A stretch of 57,987 bases of DNA, the filler included, from Sphacelaria rigidula (lineage: Eukaryota), in the NCBI GenBank assembly GCA_964200075.2. It is 7 parts of 7 records of this genome, joined end to end, with 100 filler letters (N's around TTAATTAATTAA, not from the genome) between each part and the next. Parts side by side here need not be neighbours in the genome. Positions count along the whole stretch, not along the records: positions 49,791 to 57,987 come from CAXNAA020011945.1; 6 more parts are not named here. The stretch is one strand, 5' to 3'. The position numbers and the translations under genes were made by a program. The notes beneath the pieces were generated by a model. It was not told the origin of the DNA. It was given only the letters and a program-made list of their open reading frames with translations, and made no database searches. This document shows positions 50,219 to 57,987 of this stretch, piece by piece; within the stretch, counting starts at the first letter, position 1, and each line of letters starts with the position of its first letter.

Positions 50219-52516
50219 GTCATTTACGGCGTATGGATGACGAGAGAGCACCTAACCGGGCTGTGGAGCAGATTGGCATCTGCCCCTTTATTAGACGATC
50301 AACAAGTTGTACGAATTACAGTCAAATTTGTCTTCGTCGATGAGGTATGACTGGCCGCTTCAAATGCATTTTCAGCGTAGCCCAGCTCCTACGTAAACGG
50401 GAGTGCTTCAACAACCTACCGATGGGGCCACCTCGTCAAACTCACGATGTGTACTCGTACGAGTGCAGATAAAGCGCCTCGTGCGCAGATGCAGATGAGG
50501 AGGGGAGGCCGGGCCGCCGCTGCCGCGTTCTTCTGTCTCTGGATCAACAAAATCGTGTTTTTTTTCGGAAACGATGAGCCCAGTGGGGTCTACTCACAGA
50601 ACTGTCGGTACCGCGCCGTAGCGTATACTGTGCTACTGTCTCTACGACACATGACAATCTCTGCGGTACTGCGCGTCACTGAACCGTACTGACTGCTGCG
50701 TAATATACGGCTTTGATATGATAAGAACTGGGACCGTCTGTCGCACCATGCATACATATGCGCATTACCGCCCACGGTCCTATGTCGACCACCACGGTTC
50801 GGTTGTGAATACTGTCAGTGTTCGGGATTATCTACTTTTTTGTGCGTACAGTGTCGCACCCAGCTGCTGTATACATCAGGTACCCTACTGACGCCGCGGG
50901 ACCTTCGCACCGTGCTGTGTTGCTCACATACGACCTCGACGACATCGATCGTTCGGTCCTTTTCTGTCTCTGGGTTTGGGTGCTTTCTACAGGTTTTCCA
51001 TGCTGCCCAGAACATATCGCGATTGTACACCACAGCCGCTCCACCGTACCTTCACTGTACTGTTCCAGACGGCAACAGCATGTGCCTGCTCTGCATAGAT
51101 GCACATGGACAATGTATCTTCTGTAGTATTGTTGTCTGAACTGCATTGGTGTATCATGCGTTGTAGGCGAGTGTCACAACAACCTCAGATGTGGCCACAT
51201 GGATACGACGAGCAAACAGTTGGTCATTGTCGCACGTCCCTCTGGGACAGGGAAGGCTCGCTGGGACAGGGAAGGCTCGCGTGAACGACAAAACGAAGCT
51301 CCGTTGCTCCTGCACCGTGCTGTACCGTGCAATGTTCACCCCTGTAACAGCTAATATTGGTACTGCAGTGCGCTGTACACTGTACTGTTGTGCATGAACA
51401 TGGAGGTCTGCACAGTCAGACAGTCCAGCATTCCATGGGGGTCTGTCATTTTTATCTTGTGTAGAAGAAGAATCCGAGACTGTCGGTCATGTCCTCTCCT
51501 GTACTACAACAGTGGGGTGGGGGTGCCTCCGGAGGCTTTCGGCATACAGAAATTTACTTGTTTTTAAAGAAAAAAACGGGGACATTTTCGGCATACCCCC
51601 TATTTTTGAGGGTGGCAAGGTGGAAAAATTCTTACATTGCGATCGCACAGTATTTTCTTGTCCAAGGAGGCTCCATTACCAAACCTACGAGAGCTGCGTG
51701 CCTCAATATCGAGAAAGGTCACGTTGAGAGTCACGAGTTACAACCACCACGATCACACAGTACAGCACAAGGCAGCAGTGCCACATTGGCAGGCAGGAAG
51801 AAGAAACACCCGCTGCTCAGAAGAGCACCACAGCAGCTGGAAGAATACACGCCCCAAGTTGTTTCAACTCTGGCTCTCAGGGTGCGGTGTTTCTTTGAAG
51901 CCATCGCAGGGCAGAAACCTCCCAGCCCCCTGAGAGGACTGCCGCATACAGTATAGTGCTACGGGAGACAGGGGGCGAAGCTTCAGCATAGGTTTGGGGA
52001 AGTTGAAGCAGCAGAGGTATAGGGGGAGCGGAAGGTATGTGGCAAACACGTGTGGATAACGTACTGAAGTATTCGCAAGCACGACACCAACCCGTCAATC
52101 CTTCTGTGTAGGACTTGCTTCGTGCGTTTATTGGAAAACGGCGAAAACAGGCTGTTTTATGTCCTGCCGTGTTTTCGTTTATTGGAACAATATCTCAATT
52201 TTAATGTGCACTCGTTTTGTTTTCTCGGTGCGTAGTAAGGCAGGTAGGAGCTGCTTGTTGGCGCTGGTGACCGTTGCCTCTGCGACACACACACGACCTC
52301 CCCTCATCAGCGCAAAACTGAATCATCTATACATGAAAGTACGTGATATTTTATTGCTGGGTTCGCTGCATAGCCGTAACAACACCACATAATTTCAGCC
52401 ATTTCGTGTGCTTTTCGTTCATATGTCCCTCGCCCGTACTCCGGGCTTTGAAACCCCGTCACCAAAAAATGCCAAAAGCGAGGGAAAAAAGTAGCCTCGG
52501 GCAACAATAAAAGGCT

Positions 52517-55349
52517 ATGGATACAAGGTATCTGCAATACGGTGTGTTTGTGCCCAAAAGCGGGGTCGAGCGGAGAAAGCCAGAGTTCACGAGCAGCGCC
52601 TCGTTCACATGGGGGCGCGTGAACGGGAAATGGGCCAAAATTGGTGCCGACGGGAAGCCGCTACCGGAGTCCCCCAAGCCCCCCCCGCCACCATCCTCCA
52701 CTGCCGGCACCGGCACTGCCTCTACACTCCCCTCGTCAGATCGAGGTGTTGACCGGAATGCCACCAACATATACGGCTCTTCCGCATTGGATAATTCTCG
52801 TTCGCGAACAACGATAGTAACGGGAGACAGAATACTGCCGGGCGTAGGGGTACGGAGAGGGGCGGGTACGGCGGCTAGGGCATCCAGCGTAAATGTGGCA
52901 GATGAAAACGATGAAGATGTCGACGATGATGACAATGAGGTGGGTGAGGAGCGAATGGCGAATACGGCGACGGCGGCGGCTGGAGGGTTGAAGTCGTCAA
53001 ACACCTGGGAAACCTCGCCACCAACAAGCAGCGAAGATGAAGTCGGCTCATCACAGCATGACCATGACACAGATGATGGCGCGGTTGCCAACAACAGCAG
53101 CAGCCAAGAGCTCATGAAGCCTGATGGCGACGATGAGGACGATCATAGTGGAGACGAACGCCGCGAGGGAACCGGAAGCGCCGAGCTTTCCAGCAGCGGC
53201 AGTACCAGACGACCATCCACTGAACAGGTGATGACACCAGGGTTTTCGCGCAGCGGCAATCACGTCGGCGGCAATTTTTTCGGCGATGAGAACGACGCTT
53301 CACCAGCCGCAACCCCCACGGCCGCAGCTGCTCGTCAGGAGTCGGGAGAAGCTGCTGCGTGTATCAGGAACACGACCACCGCGGCCGCAGAAATATTCGA
53401 CGGGGCGGAATCAGGAGAAGCCGCGTGCGTGGGCGAGAGGGCAAGGGGTGGGGGCGGGGAACGAGGCAAGTTCAAGAGGACGGGCAGCGGTTCGAGCAAC
53501 ACGGCGAATAGTCCGAGGAAGAGTGATGTGAAGAAGCCTCCTGTGGAAACTAAGGATATCGCCTGTCAGTGGGATGGAGGTGAGTCGATATTGTGTGCGC
53601 ATTGTATTTGGTCCTCGGCACGCCCCAAAGGACGGTGTTCTGCTGGGAGTGGGTGCTTGAGTCGTTGTACTTGGACACTAGTGAGCGTCTCGGTTGAGAC
53701 TGTGCCCGGCTTCACCGGCCTAGTGGCGATTGCACATGGATTTTCGACTGGTCTCGGCATGATTCCATCTCATCTATTTTCGAAATATCTTGCGCGTGTC
53801 TTTGGTGCACATATTCCAAGCCATCATCTATCGAAAAAATTCTGCAGAATAAAATACGAAATTTATCGATCAGTCTGTGCAATGATCTTCATGAAATTTT
53901 CGCTCTGCTGACCGCGCACACTTTAAAGCTTGCAGCCTACAGTCCAAGTCCAGCCTTACCCAGTCGGTGTCAATAGAGTGTAGGTCGTATTCGATGCACT
54001 GAGCACATGTTGCATCAGTCTTCATGTAATATGGTGTGTATAGCAGCAATGGCTGCACTGTTCCAAGTCAATTTTGCGCGTAGTCCGTAGGGACGGCATC
54101 TTACAATTCCGAATATCAGCATGTCCAGTCCTGTCTCGTCGGAATGATTCCACATGTGTGGTTGGTTGATTGGTTGTTTGGCTTTGTTCATGGAAGAGAG
54201 GAGCAGCCAGTGTGACTGTATGGTTCATGTCTAGATGCCCACGTGCAGTAACGGCGATGTACAGCCGGTACATCGCTGCTGTACTTGTAGTGCAAGGTAG
54301 CTTCACTTTCTTACTCTGTGATGTATTAACGGCCGGTCATTTGGGATGTCGTTGCTTGATGACGGCGAGTTGTCATGGACTTCAATCAAGTGTTTCCCAA
54401 CGTGAAGACAGTACAGCAGTAGTGCTTCGAGGGTCACGAAAGTGGGAGCGCGCGTGTAATTCATGTGATACATGTTCGCGCAACTTCTGCACAGGTTACT
54501 GCATCTGCTCTATGATGAAAATATATTCTGCTGACTGTATCGAGCGAGCAAACGTTCCCCGACAGACAGCCAGTGCCCCGTCCTGAATCTCGTGTCCGCT
54601 ACATCGGTGCGTTCGTGCGTGTGGTGCGCGTGAGATTGCATGCGCGCGCGAACCCCTCCCCTATACTACGAAGTCGTGGTTGAGAAATATTGTTGCAGCA
54701 CATAAACGGCCCTGCACCCGTGCCTTTGTCGCGCACGGAGGTACCCCTCTCGTATAGCGGTGAAAACGCAAGGCACTGCTGTCACGGGTAAGTTTACACA
54801 CACGATGGTTGCACCGTGTACTGTCGTACATCCTCGTCGTGAGAACCGTTTATTCGGTGCCGGTGCCGATGCCGATGCCGAAAGCGGTTGACCTCTGCGA
54901 TATGGTGTCTCTTATTACTGTAACGGTATGCCCTCGTGGCTGCACAGAAGTTTACCCTTCCCAGCTCCTCGACCCTCGTCTCTGGAACGTATCTATATGT
55001 TCCCGGCCTCCAATCCAGATCCAAGTTTGCGATTTTTTTCAACCTTTGCAGCCTTGAACCACCAAAACACGAACATCAAACACGATGCGTCAGCTGCTGT
55101 ACCGACAATGCAGCACAGGACACACGACAAGATTGAGCCGCGGAGTGACCGAGTTGCCCCCCCCTCGTCCCCCTCCCGCTTCTTTTCTCGCGACAGCACG
55201 ACCGTTTGCACAAGTATAATATTAGCGTGTGCTCTTTTCTTTTCACCGTTCAACATCTCTCTCCAATAGTCCCGCCGAGCACAGCGATACTCATGGCAAA
55301 GCGGGCGAAGGCCGCCCCGAAACATGACGCTACGTCCAAGTTCCCGTAA
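52517..55349 (+). CDS. Hypothetical low-complexity, probably disordered protein
   Basis: Open frame 52517-53579 with acidic, Ser/Gly/Ala-rich composition ends at a strong donor (GAG|gtgagt at 53580). A phase-compatible candidate terminal exon lies at 55270-55349 (PPSTAILMAKRAKAAPKHDATSKFP*) after a long polypyrimidine tract. Start codon uncertain. Confidence 0.6.
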
Positions 55350-56865
55350 CTGTCGGACGATCGCCACTGTGATCTTGAACGGGCATTTCGGCAGGACTGT
55401 GAGCTAGCCGCTAGTTGTAGTCTAGTCTACGGTACAGGTTCGTAGTAAAAGTTGATACCGTTGAGAAAACTATTCGAGTTCACGGCATCAGGCACTGGTT
55501 GTCACCCACGGAGAGAGAAGATGTGTCCGTCAGTTTTAGGAGTGTTTTTTTCACGGCAGAGCATCTTTCGAGGCGGGTGTAGAGAAGCGGAGTCTGACCC
55601 CCAACCAAGGCATCCCGAGAAATCTCGCATCGACCGAGCGCATGAGGTTGCACGTGGTAACGTGTTTGTAGACAGAGTCCAACAAGTTCAGAATGCGGAG
55701 CCCTCAGGTCGAATCCAGTGCATGCCGAGAAACCACGGGATGGCGTTTCGTTGACGGAGCTTCAAGTGCCGAAGCCCTAACCTAAGCCACGGCTAAAAGC
55801 CCTCAAGCAATAGACGTGCATACGGCACCTAGCCTACGTAAGGCAAAGTGTGCGTTTACTGAGCTCAATGTGGTGTCTTCGGGGCCGATTTGAGCGAAGA
55901 ATGCATGCTGGGCATGCTGACGGGCACTTGGAATCGCAAGCCCTCGTGAAGATTCGCTAATCATCTGTATCAGGACGAGGCAAAATAAGCCGTCTTCCGA
56001 GTCAACCGTGGATGCTCGTACGCAAATCGCATGAACTCGATAAAACTGAATTTCATACAAGCCGTCGCGAGTGAGTGCATGGTTGACGCACTTTTTAGAG
56101 TGGTGGTTCTGCATCTCCTCCAATCGCCTGATTTTCGCACATGGGCATGGTCGTTCATGGACCCAGAATCCAGACGCGGTCACGAGATTGCACGCGTCAG
56201 ACAACTCATAAGTTAACTCAGTTCTGTGATATGACCCATCCGGTGGGAAAAGGTACCGCTAGGTTAATACCATATAACTCACATGGAAAATGTTACCGCT
56301 AAGCTATACAAAATAGCTCTGCCAGTGGGAATGTAAGATACCGCTGAGGTAAATACTATATATCTCAACAGCTGGGTTGTACGAAAATGAGTTGAATAAG
56401 ATGAGTTGTCCGACGTGTGCGAGACTGGGTGTATGAGAAAGCAATTTTGCCGAAAAAATCGCGAAAGGAATCCCAATGTGAAGGGACTGTGTGATGCTAG
56501 TGATTGTCGCACAACAATTGGTACCCGAGCAATCCAGACCAGGTCAAAAAGTAGACGTACCGGACTTGAGCTAAACGTGAATACTCGCTTGCGGAAGCTC
56601 GTGAAAAGATGGGAGATGAAATGTACTGATCAAGCGGGAAAACGACTTGAAAAAAGCGAAGGAAAGGGAAAAGATTTGGGAGGGATGGCAGTACTGGTCC
56701 CGATGAACGTCTCCATTATGGAAATACAAATACTGTAGAAGATGACTGGCAGAATTGCTTCAGGTAGGCAGGCCGTGCAGACACACAGGACGTGAGAAGA
56801 AAAGAGGGGGGCCATGGAAGCAGGTTGTGGCTCAGCTATTTCGTTAACCACTCTGACTGGCCAGT

Positions 56866-57219
56866 CATCCAGGTGGCTCAGTTGGAAACCCCAGAAAACT
56901 TGTGACGATTGTGTTGCGGATTCGAATCTCGGTCCGGTCACACCATCTGTTTGCTTTCTCTCACACCATACCCAACAGTACAGCGACGACGTCGTGGGTA
57001 AGATACAAATCGACTTCACGGTCGATGAGGGAAAGGAACCGCTGGACCCTTCTCGCGATAAAAAAGGAGGCGAGCAACGCATTGGGGAGGTGGAGAACTG
57101 CAAGAAGACGAAAAAAGCTCCTTTGTTGATCTTCCTCTTGTGTGATCCCGGCTGATGTGCCCACATGAACCGAAAGGTGTAGATTGGCGTCCAGAACAGA
57201 TGGGATGGCAACACATACT
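56866..57219 (+). mobile_element. tRNA-derived SINE-like family 1, copy 2
   Basis: A-box tggctcagttgg (56874-56885), B-box ggattcgaatc (56918-56928). Body homologous to 17137-17497. Confidence 0.78.
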
Positions 57220-57987
57220 CTGATCGGCTACAGTATTGGGGCATGGCGCTTATCCCCAAGCCCTGCAACAGCGAGACACTTGACACTACTGAAAGTAAGA
57301 AGTACAGCGTTGGGAAGAAAAAAGAGAACCAAGTAAAGACGAGGAGAAAATATCAGAATGGCGAGGGCAAGGGGAAAATGAAGAAGAAAAAGAAATCCAA
57401 CGACAAAAAATATCATTTATATGGTCACGGATAGGGAACACCGCTAAGGTCGCAAGCAGCCTAGGAAAAAATCAGTAGCGGAAAAGATGAAGAGAGCGGA
57501 AGATCAGTCTTCAATCCCCACCCAACCCTAGTCGGGTACCGGGTACAAGGTTGGTCGGTCTCTCGATCATTTCTCTTCTGGATTCCCCGCGAGTTTTTTT
57601 CGCTGTTGCTCTTGTCAAAATCTCATGGCTCTCCTCTTGGCGGCTCTCAACCCAACAGCCTCTCGCTTGTGGCGGGGGTCCGAATGGAGTCAAATCTTCC
57701 CTTCAGCACGCCTCCTTCACCCCTTCCGCGACCCCCAGGTGTCATTCTCCTCAACAGTGAACCAATGTGTCGTACTCGTAGACAAGCCGCCTCCTTCCCC
57801 CTTGCGTGGAGCAGCCCCTGGCACACGCAGGTTCTCCCAAAGGCGGGCAAGTCTCATCGGGCCGTTGTGCGGCCAACCGTCCGGCAATACACGCTTCGGT
57901 AGACGACAATGTTTTCGTGAGATAACGAGTCTAGAATACGATTGACACTTCCTACGATAGCCCCCCCCCCCAAAAGTGCATGGTTTT

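Noticed and set aside
53580..53911. 3' part of the 464-aa ORF as coding
   Set aside because: A strong donor at 53580 and an abrupt composition change indicate intron read-through.
56874..56935. Stand-alone tRNA gene
   Set aside because: A/B boxes are present but there is no full cloverleaf, and it continues into a repeated body, so it is a SINE head.

Overview
This is intron-rich, repeat-dense eukaryotic DNA. By inference it is most likely a brown alga or related stramenopile, based on short GT-AG exons, CTAAC/CTAAT-like branch points, frequent poly-G/C tracts and TTAGGG-like repeats. The window is a draft scaffold broken by six 100-bp N gaps, each carrying an artificial TTAATTAATTAA linker, so nearly all of the supplied ORF track is spurious. 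Manual splicing recovers six genes or gene fragments: (1) a minus-strand Gfo/Idh/MocA (myo-inositol 2-dehydrogenase-like) oxidoreductase, 7 exons, N-terminus missing; (2) a minus-strand RRM + Gly/Tyr + RS-domain SR-like protein; (3) a minus-strand WW-domain proline-rich protein; (4) two exons of a plus-strand CAMK/AMPK-like Ser/Thr kinase; (5) a minus-strand O-fucosyltransferase-like glycosyltransferase, at least 6 exons; (6) a plus-strand low-complexity protein. Intergenic and intronic DNA holds two tRNA-derived SINE-like families, Tc1/mariner-like, piggyBac-like and foldback MITEs, and a telomere-repeat-containing MITE. The most unusual signal is a pair of related short repeat families with one fixed end fused to a poly(C)/poly(G) tract and a ragged opposite end, a candidate poly(C)-tailed or G-tract-targeting retroposon. 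No prokaryotic-type system (CRISPR, operon) is present, and no finding here can be called novel without database searches.
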